Source of the DNA: Anthoceros angustus
Lineage: Eukaryota; Plantae; Anthocerotophyta
Length of the DNA: 64,000 nucleotides
Assembly: GCA_010909165.1 (NCBI GenBank)
Contig: MU008160.1
Coordinates: 868,001-932,000, forward strand
Reading direction: 5' to 3'
The notes beneath the pieces are model-generated. The model made no database searches, was not told the DNA's origin, and worked only from the letters and a program-made list of their open reading frames with translations. Of this stretch, positions 10,020 to 29,512 are shown in pieces (within the stretch, counting starts at the first letter, position 1; each line of letters opens with the position of its first letter). The position numbers were made by a program, and so were the translations under genes.

Positions 10020-12200
10020 AGCATCTGGCATCGTGAGGAACTGATCGCAAGCGTGGCATCCCTGCATCAAGGTGATTTGCTGGTCATCTGTGGATTGAGG
10101 TCGCGCTTCCGATTCTGATGAGAAGACAAGCTCATAACCCTGGTGGAGTTGAGAGCCTCTGCCGCACGACAATCGCGCCCTTGTGAGCACGGTTGTTCCC
10201 GGTGATCGAGGTTGGCCGACACCAACGGGTTGGATGCCAGAAAAAGCCATCGACAAGTCTTCACCGCATGCCGCGAGCGGGTGGGAATTGTGACATCGTG
10301 ACTAACGGCAGGAGACCGTGGTGTGGTGTAGAGCTTTGACAATGGATCCGGAAGATCACATGTAAGACTGCCCAGGATGCATCATAGTGTGCCCCACCCC
10401 GAGCGCCATGGGAAGATAAGTGGCGACCGGGTTCGCAAATATCACCGTAAACCGTAACGGCCAGAGACATTCCTGGAATTACAGGCATTTTTGCTGTATG
10501 TGGAGTCTCATCATGAGACTTGCAAGGTCAAAAATTTTCCATATGACCACAAGGATTTGTTTGAACTTGCAGGGAGGGGAATGAATAGGCAAACGTTCGT
10601 GTGGACTAGCTACTGTGAAGGGGCATTTCGCAAATTGGAGCATCACCTCTTTATGCATCACGTGTTTGATCACTGGCCCAAGGAAGGGTTTCGTGTATAA
10701 GCAGGAGAAACCCGCAGATTTGCTTTTGAAAGTGTGGCTTAGTCATTTACATCGGGAGAAAGCAGACGACGCCATAGGCTACCCGAGCTTTTACCGCTTG
10801 CTTGCTGATGTGAATTCTAGAATGGGATGAGCCTACAACCGAGGCCGGTACTTGCTCAACAACAACGCCGGTGATTATTTACGCACCCAAAGGTATCGAA
10901 AGCATTACGTGAATGGCTTGAATGGGCCACAGATGGCCGAGTCAAGACGAGCTTGATGTGATGAGGAAGAAGAACTTATGGCTCGCCACCAGCCGCAGAA
11001 CGGCAGAGGCCGGAAGGCACAAGTGGCCGCGCACCTTGTTGGGCAGCATCGCATCGTGAGGAACGGATCGCAAGCGTGGCATCCGCATCAAGGTGATTTC
11101 TTTGGTCATCCGTGGATTGAGGTCGCTTGATTAGATGAGAAGACAAGCTCATAACCTCGGTGGAGTTGAGAGCCTGCATCACGACAATCGCGCCTTGTGA
11201 GCACGGTTGTTCCGGGTGAGTGGGTTGGCCGACACCAACGGGTTGGCGATCTTGAAATGAAAAAGCCAGACAAAGTCTTCACACGCATCTTTGGCGGCGG
11301 GTGGGAATTGTGACGCGACTAACGGCGGGCGTGGTGTGGTGTAGAGCTTTGACAATGGATGCAGGCGGATCACATGTAAGACTGCCTGCAGATGCATCAT
11401 AGTGTGCCCCAATTTCGAGCGCCATGGGAAGATAAGTGGCGTACTCTGGTTCGCAAATATCGGCTGGTAAGCAGGCGGAGGAGACATTCACGGAATTACA
11501 GGCATTTTTGCTGTATGTGGAGTCTCATCATGAGACTTGCAAGGTCGAAAATTTTCCATATGACCACAAGGATTTGTTTGAACTTGCGGAGGGAATGAAT
11601 AGGCAAGCGTTGTGTGGACTAGCTACGTGAAGGGCATTTAAAATTGGAGCATCACCTCTTTATGCATCGTGTTTGATCACCGCCCAAGGAAGGGTTTACG
11701 GTGTATAAGCACAGGGAGAAACACTGTGACTTGCCATTTGAAAGTGTGGCTTAGTCATTTACATCGGGAGAAAGCGGGGATGATCGCCATAGGCTACCCA
11801 GAGCTTTTACCGCTTTGTTTGCTACTGACGGGGAATTCTAGAATGGGATGAGCCTACAACCGGTCGTACTTGCTCAACAACAACGTCGGTGATTATTCGC
11901 ACCGGTGTATCAGCGATTACTACGTGAATGGCTTGAATGGGCCACGGATGGCGAGTCAAGACGAGCTTGATGATGAGGAAGAAGAACTTATGGCTCGCCA
12001 GGCGAGAAGGGTGGGAAACAAGTGGATGAATACCCGAAGAGGCGGGTGGCGACTTTATTGGCCAGGGGCCACGCGAGCATGAACGCCTTCTCACAACTTC
12101 GTGATAGTATGTTTTGTTCTATAGAAGGTTTTATGGGATATGATGCCCAAGTGCTACTTGAGCAATGGCAGCCGCTACTTTGGCGGGGGCCATTGGCGAT
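10020..12200 (+). other. Extra ORF-like region between integrase and 3' LTR, present as two ~1.02-kb tandem copies
   Basis: 10020-10990 aligns with 11045-12000. Both encode ...LLYVESHHETCKV.NFPYDHKDLFELA...LKVWLSHLHREKA...MASQDEL... Confidence 0.6.
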
Positions 12201-12314
12201 TTTGATCTTAAGATGAGCATTGCGTGTGTGGGTTTGTTTGGGTGCGGGTCATTATGAACGCTCTCCACATAATTTTTCCGTGTGTCTTGAGCAGCTGTAC
12301 GGCCGATGTGACGT

Positions 12315-12949
12315 TGTCGCGACACCACAGTGTTGTGTTCGTGAAGGGGTATGTGGGTGCATGCATGTGCATGAATGTGGTATGTATGTAAACATGGACA
12401 TGCATGCATGCATGGTGGGCATGCATGCTGGATGTGCATGCGATGCTGAACATGCGTCTATGAGTTCTGAGGATGGCCACAAATCGCGTGTGGGTAGCGG
12501 GTGTCAAAATCGTGATCACCCGTAATTGCGGCAGAATTATTGAGAGCCGCGTTTACGGGAGGCATCGCCCGTCTTTTCAGGAGGGTGTCAAGGCGCGCCG
12601 CGAGGGCACCTGTGATTCGGCGAGAGAAGGCGCGCCAAGCACTTAGGCAGTATAAGATAGCAAGCAGTCGGAGCAGCGGGCGGATTGCTGATGTTTGTTC
12701 TGGGAGCAGCCATACGGATCCCAACGTAGCATAACGAAGTTTCCTTGGACAGCGACAGCTCTTGGGAAGTGTGGATGAGCGAGTTGGATCCTACATCCAA
12801 GCTGAAATGAAATTTTGCTCATTGGCAGTTTTGAACAGTCTTAAGATGAGCATTGCGTGTGTGGGTTTGTTTTGGGTGCGGGTCATTATGAACGCTCTCC
12901 ACATAATTTTTCCGTGTGTCTTGAACGCTATGCAGCCAGTAGCGCGACA
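12315..12949 (+). repeat. 3' LTR (~635 bp)
   Basis: TGTCGCG...CGCGACA perfect 7-bp inverted termini; homologous to the 5' LTR up to 12818; followed by TSD GATT. Confidence 0.75.
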
Positions 12950-13905
12950 GATTCCTCCATTCCTAGGCCCACTCGAGCTCGTCTCCGCTCTTGCTCAAGG
13001 AAGGGGGCAGGTTCCTGGCTTCTGGCTCGACCTAGTATTCAGGCGTGCGTTCCGCATCGCACCAGCAACTTTTTCCACCGCGATGCGTTTTCGCCTTGGC
13101 TTGGTCCGTCCTCTGGCTTGCTCTCTTTCTACTACTTGTAGCTGCGGGGCTCCCCCAGATGACTCTGGGACGCATTTGACTCGCTGTCCCGCGGGTGGGC
13201 AGCGTATCACTACACATGATGCCGTCCGGGACGTCATGTTCTCTATTACTAGGGAAGGTGGGTTTCTTCCATTTAGGGAGCACCCTTACACCTTGCTCAA
13301 CGGGGTTTCGCTTAGGATAGACCTATTTTTGACCCGGGGATCAGGTTTCGGTTGCTAATGTGGTTGTAACCAATCCCACCCGGGAGAGTGTCTGCGAACA
13401 TGTTATTCTTAACCCTCCACGTTGAGCGGCGGAGGGATGCGCAACGGCTAAGGTCCACAAGTACTCTCTTATGCAGGACGGCCATGCCTTCGTCCCCCTT
13501 GCCATTGAGACTCACGGAGCCATGGGCAAGGATTTCTCTAGGTTCATCAAGGCCTGCGCAGGCCAAGGTTTATCATAGCCGCAGGAATGAGGTTGGCCTC
13601 CCTCTTTCTTGTATTATTGCTTTCTTCCGGCAGAGGGTTTCCATCGCTCTGCAGAGGGCGTTGGCTAATACAGTATATAGAACGACAGCGAGCGCGGGAG
13701 ATGGAGCTTCTTCGACACCGGTGGTATGTAGGCCTTTTCACATCCTTGACCACGAAGTTCTTCGGGTGGTTGATAGTTTTGAAATGCATGACCGTGGGGG
13801 CTAATCCCCCTAGCATTGGGTCCTTCGTTGGGTTTTTCCCCCTTTGTGTTTGGGTGGATAGATTTTTCCCATCTCTTTTATAATAAAGTCTTCTTTTCCG
13901 AATAA
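12950..13905 (+). mobile_element. CRE-like LINE, right part: CCHC zinc finger, restriction-like endonuclease, 3' UTR
   Basis: RARLRSCSRKGAGSWL; FSTAMRFRLGL; CSCGAPPDDSGTHLTRCPAGGQRITTHDAVRD; RIDLFL; FVPLAIETHGAMGKDF; FRQRVSIALQRA; aataaa signals near 13882-13906. Confidence 0.85.
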
Positions 13906-14260
13906 AGCCAATTCTGCCTCCCGTCCTCACGAGAAATGTTCTCGTCACTGTCCACAGCCGGGCACACTAGTGGGGTACGGGGGACTTACGGAAAATGGGT
14001 GCCACAAGACAAACCGTGCGCACCATATCATGAAAATTCAAAAATCTCCAGAAGCGGCAAATCAGTGCATCACGGCATAGCTCGTCCGCCTCCCTGCTGC
14101 TGACATGGAGCTTTACTTCACGAATTATAGGCAGTTGGATGGCCGAGTTGCAGTATATGTGTCTGGAAGGGGAGGAGGGCATGAAGCGGATTAGAGCAAA
14201 TCCTGCCTCAATCTTGATAGAATCTTGTGCGGGTCATCTTCAAAGAGTGGTGGCTGTGAC

Positions 14261-16853
14261 ATGGCCATTGTATGGCAACCAGATTCGTTGTGGACCCAGC
14301 AGACTGATCAGTGTACAGGGATTCTAGGAGGAGTTCCTGCTCACCTTCCCCTAGGGAGTCAACCGGTGGGAAACAAGCCCGCCTCCGGGTGCAGGTGCAG
14401 CAGTGTAAGCAACCCATCACTTGCACTTTTGAGAAAATGTGTGGGTGGGCAAGGATTTTTGAGCGATGGTCGTCACCAGCAGTGGCAACAGTCTTTTCTG
14501 GATCCTACCATGGGGTGGGAATACAGGCGAGATAAGAAGAGCTGGCAGTGGCCTGACTTCCGCTGTAAGCGATCCGGCGGCGAGGTCCTCTGCTTAAACA
14601 ACTTGTCGAAGCCAGCTTGGGTGGATGAGCAGCTGGTTTCTTGGGATATACAGAGGGGTTTTGGTGCCTCTCCTTCCAAGTCGAGCTCTCCGGATAAGCT
14701 TGAGCCTGGCAGGCGTGCAGGATTGGAAATGGGGGTGGTATCGGCTGTAACCGTGCGCACGTTATGTCAGCAGGGGAGGCTTTCAGATGCCGTTGGAGCC
14801 CTGGAATCTCTGGCGGAGACAGACTCTGCTATTTCTCAGTCTCTATTTTACACCGTGCTAAAACTGTGTGAAGCTAAGAAGAATGTGGTTGTGGGGCGAC
14901 GAGTTCATGACCTTACAGTCAAACTTGGGTACCAGTCGAATGCATACTTGGGGAACCATATCTTGCGCATGTATGCATGTGGAGGTAGGCTGCAGGAGGC
15001 CATGGATGTGTTCACCAGGGTGGGCGAACCGAACGTGTTCATGTGGTTTTCCATAATCTCTGCTCATGCTAAACACAGGAAACCTAAGGAGGCCATACAA
15101 CTGTACCATGAGATGGGTAGGTCAGGAGTGAAAGCTGATGCTCACGTCTTTGTAGCTGCCCTTCAAGCTTGTGCATTGGCCGCCGACTTGGAATCTGGCA
15201 GAAAAGTCCACGGTGATGTGTTGGACAGTGGCATTCCTACTAACTTGTTTGTTGGCACCTGCCTGGTGGACATGTATGCAAAGTGTGGTGAATTGGAAGA
15301 TGCACGCCAGGTTTTTGAAAGCTTGGCCAAAAAGGATGTGGTGACGTGGAATGCACTGCTATCTGGATATGCACAGCAAGGGCTTGGCCAAGAGGCGCTT
15401 GTTCTGTACGGACAAATGGAACAAGAGGGCCTCATTTTGGCTGACGTTTTTTTGCTTGCCTTCTGAAGGCCTGTGCAAGCACTGGTGCCTTACAGAAGGG
15501 CAGGCAGCTGCACTCACAGATTGTTGCAAGAGGACTGCTGGGTAATGTGTGGGTGGGCAACTGCCTGGTGGACATGTATGCAAAATGTGGTGAACTGGAA
15601 GATGCACGCCAGGTTTTTGACAGCTTGGCCAAAAGGATGTGGTGACATGGACTGCTGATTGCTGGGTACCCAGCAAGGGCTTGGCCAAGAGGCGCTTGTT
15701 CTGTACGGACAAATGGAACAAGAGGGCCTCATTTTGGCTGACTATGTGACATTTGTTTCCCTTCTGAAGGTCTGTGCAAGCACTGGTGCCTTACAGAAGG
15801 GTAGGCAGCTGCACTCACAGATTGTTGCAAGAGGACTGCTGGGTAATGTCGTGTTGGGAAACTGCCTGGTGGACATGTATGCAAAATGTGGCAAACCGGA
15901 AGCTGCACGCCGGGTTTTGGACAGTCTGCCCACAAAGGATGTGGTGACATGGACCGCCCTGATATCTGGGTACGGTGCTTGTGATGAAGGTCACAAGGCA
16001 CTAGCTTGTTTTGAGGAGATGTTAGTTGCAGGTATTCAGCCTAATGATGCTACTTTACTTGCCTTTAGTAGCATGCAGTCATGAGGGACTGGTCCACGAG
16101 GGTCGCAAGCACTTTGATTCCATGGCTGAACAGCATGGTATCAAACCTACTATTGAGCATTACGTTTGCATGATTGATCTTCTTGGGCGCGCAGGCCATT
16201 TGGATGAAGCAGAGAAGATGCTCTTTTCATGTGAGGGCCAAAGTAATGTCGTGGGCTTGACGTGCTTGTTGAACGCCTGCAAAAGTCATGGGGATGTAGA
16301 GAGGGCGCTCTGGTGTTTTGATAGCATTGTGAGGCTGGACCCTCAATGGGCGTCTGCGTACGTGCTCATGGCGAATGCCTATGCAGATGCAGGTAGGTGG
16401 ACCGATGTAGACAGGATTGAAACACAGAGAATGTTAGCAGGAGCTAACAAGAAACCTGCAGTGGCTACCATTGAGGTGGAGAAGCAGGTACATAGATTTC
16501 TGGTGGGAGAAAGAAGAGACGATGTTGCGCTCAAGGTAGAGAGCACGAATGCACGCATGAAGGAGGAAGGAGGCCACGTACCTCACACAAAGTTGGTGTT
16601 GAAGCCATTGCGTGAGAAGGAAAAGGAAGATGCGCTTTGTGGGCATGCTGAGAAGCTAGCTCTGGCGTTCGGTCTATTGAACACTCCAAGTGGGACACCT
16701 CTGGTGGTAACGAAAAATCTACGCATGTGCAGTGACTGCCACAGTTCCACGGAGATCATGTCAAGGGTTGAACAGAGAGACATTGTTGTAAGGGATGGGT
16801 ACCGTGTACATAGATTCGAAAATGGTTGTTGCAGTTGCAAGGGCCGACCCTGA
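14261..16853 (+). CDS. PLS-class PPR RNA-editing factor with N-terminal PDF-like motif, E1/E2 and DYW:KP domain ending in GRP (putative U-to-C); frameshifted in this sequence
   Basis: First in-frame ATG 14261; P-L-S repeats; KKPAVATIEV, HAEKLALA, NLRMCSDCH, CSCKGRP*. Frameshifts at ~15445-15670 and ~16070 (pseudogene or assembly error). Confidence 0.88.
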
Positions 16854-17214
16854 ATACGATAAACTAGCCACTGCTGAAGTCGGCCCAGCTACCAACCTGA
16901 GTAGTTAAGCAGACCCGTGGTCAAGAACCTGGGGTCAGACCGGACCGTAGCCGCGGGTGTACAAGAACACAGGGCCGCCCGCGACGGCAGACTCTCTTCA
17001 ATGCACATCAATCTCAGCTATGGGCCTCTCGCCTCTGGGTTGTGGCTCTATTAGGTGTCAGAGCTGCACAGACGATCGGCATGGGAGGATGACGGCACGA
17101 CACCGCGCTACCTCGGAGTGGAGAGCTGGCCGAAGCGGGAGCATGGGGACTTTGGAGCGAGAGCGCAGTGATTCTCCGTTGGTTCGGGATCTGGCTGGAG
17201 ACTCACCGCGATTT

Positions 17215-17500
17215 TGAGGGCGCCCAGGATTTTGTCAGGGAGAAATTCATATGGCGAGCCGCGATCCTCACCCCTGAATTTCTGCTTGATCGCCGGAAGA
17301 GAAGGGGAGCCGTGCAGCCGGGGTCCTCGTGCCTGCAATGATGGGCGAGTCGGTCTCCACGTGGCGGGAACAGTGCTCAATTATCTTCGCAAGAAAGTTG
17401 GCTCTCACATTTGCAATGGGAACTTCCAGTAAGCCATGGTCTTCGCCCGCCGGGAACATGCAAGAACACCTCCTTCACGAGTGGAATATCGAAACAATGC
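17215..17500 (-). pseudogene. Degenerate intronless SKP1-like fragment
   Basis: VPIANVRANFLAKIIEHCSRHVET resembles SKP1 [23 protein letters not shown]; then DQAEIQG / (frameshift) RIAARHMNF resembles DQATLFELILAANYLNI. Confidence 0.55.
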
Positions 17501-17861
17501 TTGCCCACTGCGTTGTGGCTAAAAAAAAAAAAAACGTTGTTGTTGTTCTCCCCGAAGGCGCATCTTGAGTTGGGTATCGGAACAATGACTGAAAGCAATG
17601 CTTCCTCATTGCCTTTACTTGTGACTTTCTTCCCGCAAGGATTTCTTGAGTTAATGATGATAGATGATAGTATTGGAATCTGGGGGCAAATATCTTTACG
17701 TCTTCAAGCTTGTGAGCGGGGTCTGTTGATTGCTTGAGCTATCTTTTTTCACATGAGGATAGTCCCCTTATTTAATGATGACGCTCATCTGTATGTCATG
17801 AGATAGCAAGTTGTTAAGTGTGGTGTGCTTTCTGCTTTCTATAGTGTGACTGGGGCTGAGG

Positions 17862-18041
17862 ATTGTATACAACATGCTAGTATAAAAAAGGCAGAAAATG
17901 GCAGCTATATTACACTTTATGATTGTATACAGCATGCTAGTATAAAAAAGGCAGAAAAAGGCAGCTATATTACACTTTCTGATTGTATACAGCATGCTAG
18001 TATAAAAAAGGCAGAAAATGGCAGCTATATTACACTTTATG
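17862..18041. repeat. Tandem repeat, 60 bp x3
   Basis: attgtatacagcatgctagtataaaaaaggcagaaaatggcagctatattacactttatg units start at 17862, 17922 and 17982. Confidence 0.95.
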
Positions 18042-18486
18042 TTAAGATTTTGACCCCTGATGTTGCAATTATATTGAAACTTTCGGGTCTTGAGCTCCTT
18101 GTTACATTCAGGTTTGGAAACCAACCCTCCACCTTGTTACACTCTTGTTACAATTATGTTGTAATATGGTGAGAGGTGGTATGTGTCCCCTCTCAAAATT
18201 TCAACATAATTGCAACAACCAAAGTTACATGGCCTCTTGTTACCGATTTGCAGGCTTGGTGCAGCACCACCTCCCCGTCTACCTTAACGGTTCATCTATC
18301 TTAACCATTGTTCCTTTTACTCTTGGACTTTTCCGTTGTAATTATTGTAATACGTGTACGGCCTACACATATATTTTACATGTACATTTTTATTGCTATA
18401 TTTTCTAGATATGATTGTTCCAATACCTATAAGGGGTCTTTCACTTATTTCACTTGTATACTTTCTTACTGCGAACGTCATAATGC

Positions 18487-19073
18487 TTGGTGTCCATTGA
18501 GGATTTTGAGTCCTTGAGGAGGCCTCTCGTTGTGTCTTCGAGAAGTAGCCAGATTGAATGGTCAGTTGCATGCCAAGTATATTGGTCTCGCATGAGATCA
18601 TATATCTGGTTGCACCAAGTTTTTGCCGGTATGGAGGCGATGCGAGTGGATGGGTCTTGTTTCGACTACACTCGCTCCTCCAATCATGCGGACCTGCTTG
18701 CTCGGTTGGTGACACTGAGAGCTTTTGGAAGATTTAGGGAGTATTCAAGCTGGCACACCTTGCAGGATCCCTTTTTGACAGTTCTTAAGAAGGATGTTAT
18801 ATACTGGCGTTGGTCCCCAAAGTGTGTAATTTTTGGAATTGGTTGAGAAGTTCAGGGGAAAATAACCCGTCCTCTAGGGCACACAAATTACAGCTTGTGA
18901 ATTGTGCAGGGATCCCTCTAATACCAGTCGTCTCAAAGGAGTATAAGGATGCAGATATGCCTGAGGGACTGGTGAGAATGATGAAGAAACTTGTGAAGGA
19001 ATGGAGGGAGGCTCTCCCTACTCTTTCCCCGCCCGAAGAAGGAGAATCGAGCAGTAGCAAGAAGCCTGTGTAA
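18487..19073 (+). pseudogene. Unknown ORF pair (18487-18846 and 18810-19073), possibly one frameshifted ~190-aa ORF
   Basis: Overlapping ORFs with protein-like composition (IEDFESLRRPLVV...; CNFWNWLRS...KKLVKEWREALP) within a repeat-rich interval; no family recognised. Confidence 0.25.
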
Positions 19074-19398
19074 GGCCTTGGAGTCCAAGCGGTGAGAAGT
19101 CTCACGAGATGTGTGAGAGTGGGTTTGGTTTGAGGTGCAGTAGGTCGTGAGTCAAATTGTGTTTGAACCGAGCAACTGTGCAAGTTTTTTTTGAGCTTAC
19201 GCTTGAGTCCCGGGTTGAGTTTGAGTTGAACAATTTTCCTAGCACTTGCTCGGTGTGCACAGGGTGAATAATGGAGTACCATGCCCTCTTAGTGTAAGAC
19301 GTCCCTACTGGAACTTTATGAGGAGTAGGATTTAGGGGAAACCTCGGAATGTGTTGTTTCCTTCCCATCTGCTCTTCCTGGTTGTATCATCAGGGAAC

Positions 19399-19436
19399 TG
19401 AGGGCCAAATCGAGGGCCAAATCGAGGGCCAAATCG
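19399..19436. repeat. 12-bp tandem x3
   Basis: gagggccaaatc x3. Confidence 0.9.
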
Positions 19437-19747
19437 CAGCCAGGGGCGTGCCACTGTTAGAGAAGAGGGGCTGCTTAAGCTAACTACCTTGGTGTACGCA
19501 CTATGGAGGCACAATGCTAAAGATAGGAGGTTGACGAGCACGCAACAGGCTTTTCAGCAAGTGAAGACCTTGGGAGTTGGATAGGACCGTAGCACTACAT
19601 AAGCACTTTTGAAGTTTGAAGTAGGCCTTGCTATAAGATAGCGGCTTTTCGTTGTAAACACAAGCCTGGTTCCAGTATGCAACTATGGCCCTTTGCTCCA
19701 ACAAGCTATCCTTTGGTTGAGTCCGCTTCTTGGTCTATCTGTAAGAA

Positions 19748-19897
19748 AAGGTGTCCGGCGTACGAGTGAAGAGGTGTTGAGAAGAAGAAGAAGAAGAATA
19801 ATTTTATTTAAGTCCACTAAGGAAGGTGTCCGGCATACGAGTGAAGAGGTGTTGAGAAGAAGAAAAGAAGAAGAGTTTTATTGAAGTCCACTAAGGA
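19748..19897. repeat. ~75-bp tandem x2
   Basis: aaggtgtccggc.tacgagtgaagaggtgttgagaagaaga...aagtccactaagga occurs twice. Confidence 0.9.
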
Positions 19898-20252
19898 CGG
19901 ATTTCCGTCATGGGACTTGATACTTAACAACTTGTACCATGGTGTGTGCCTAAACTACTTGCACCGAGGGCATCCACTCCCTTTAAGCACCCCATCTAAG
20001 TACCGATCTAAGCTCAGGATGCTTAATTACTACTTTCTTATAAATGGGTGTCCATTTGGCCTAAGCTATTTGGACACAACCCGCTGAAGGACCCTCTTGG
20101 TAGCCACAAAGTCATGAGGTTTTGTCTCAACCCGCTTGAAGCTGGGAACTGCGATAGCGCTGGTCAGTACGGTGCATACATGCAGCCCTTGCAGGTAGTG
20201 AGTTACCACCACATCGTGACACAAAGCCAGAATACTGTGCAGAGACGGCATC

Positions 20253-20326
20253 GCACTTTGAGGCAGACTGCCTGGTGGAATCCTTTGACGCACTTTGAGG
20301 CAAACTGCCTGGTGGAATCCTTTGAC
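20253..20326. repeat. 37-bp tandem x2
   Basis: gcactttgaggca.actgcctggtggaatcctttgac occurs twice. Confidence 0.9.
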
Positions 20327-20593
20327 AAATCATAGTAAGAAAGAACTCATACATTCGCTGCCCATGTGTATGCAAGTCGTCCCGGTCTGTAGCCGTACGT
20401 TACACGTGTGTGCAGGTTTATCTAACAGCCCATCTGGCCTAAGCCATTTGGACACACGTTCTTCACAAACCACATGCTTTTAATAAAGGGCTTTGATGTA
20501 CACATATCTAGCCGAATAAAATACATCACAAGTGCACCTCCACAACTACTCGGGTGGATGCTACATCTTGGCGCTACAAAACTGACTGGACAA

Positions 20594-29512
<8,919 letters not shown>

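Larger units (their letters stand above)
2760..12949 (+). mobile_element. Full-length (frameshifted) Ty3/gypsy LTR retrotransposon carrying a C5-DNA methyltransferase domain and a PHD finger
   Basis: TG...CA termini, GATT direct repeat at 2756-2759 and 12950-12953, homologous LTRs, and domain order gag-PR-DNMT-RT-RH-INT-PHD recognised from conserved motifs across frameshifts. Confidence 0.88.
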
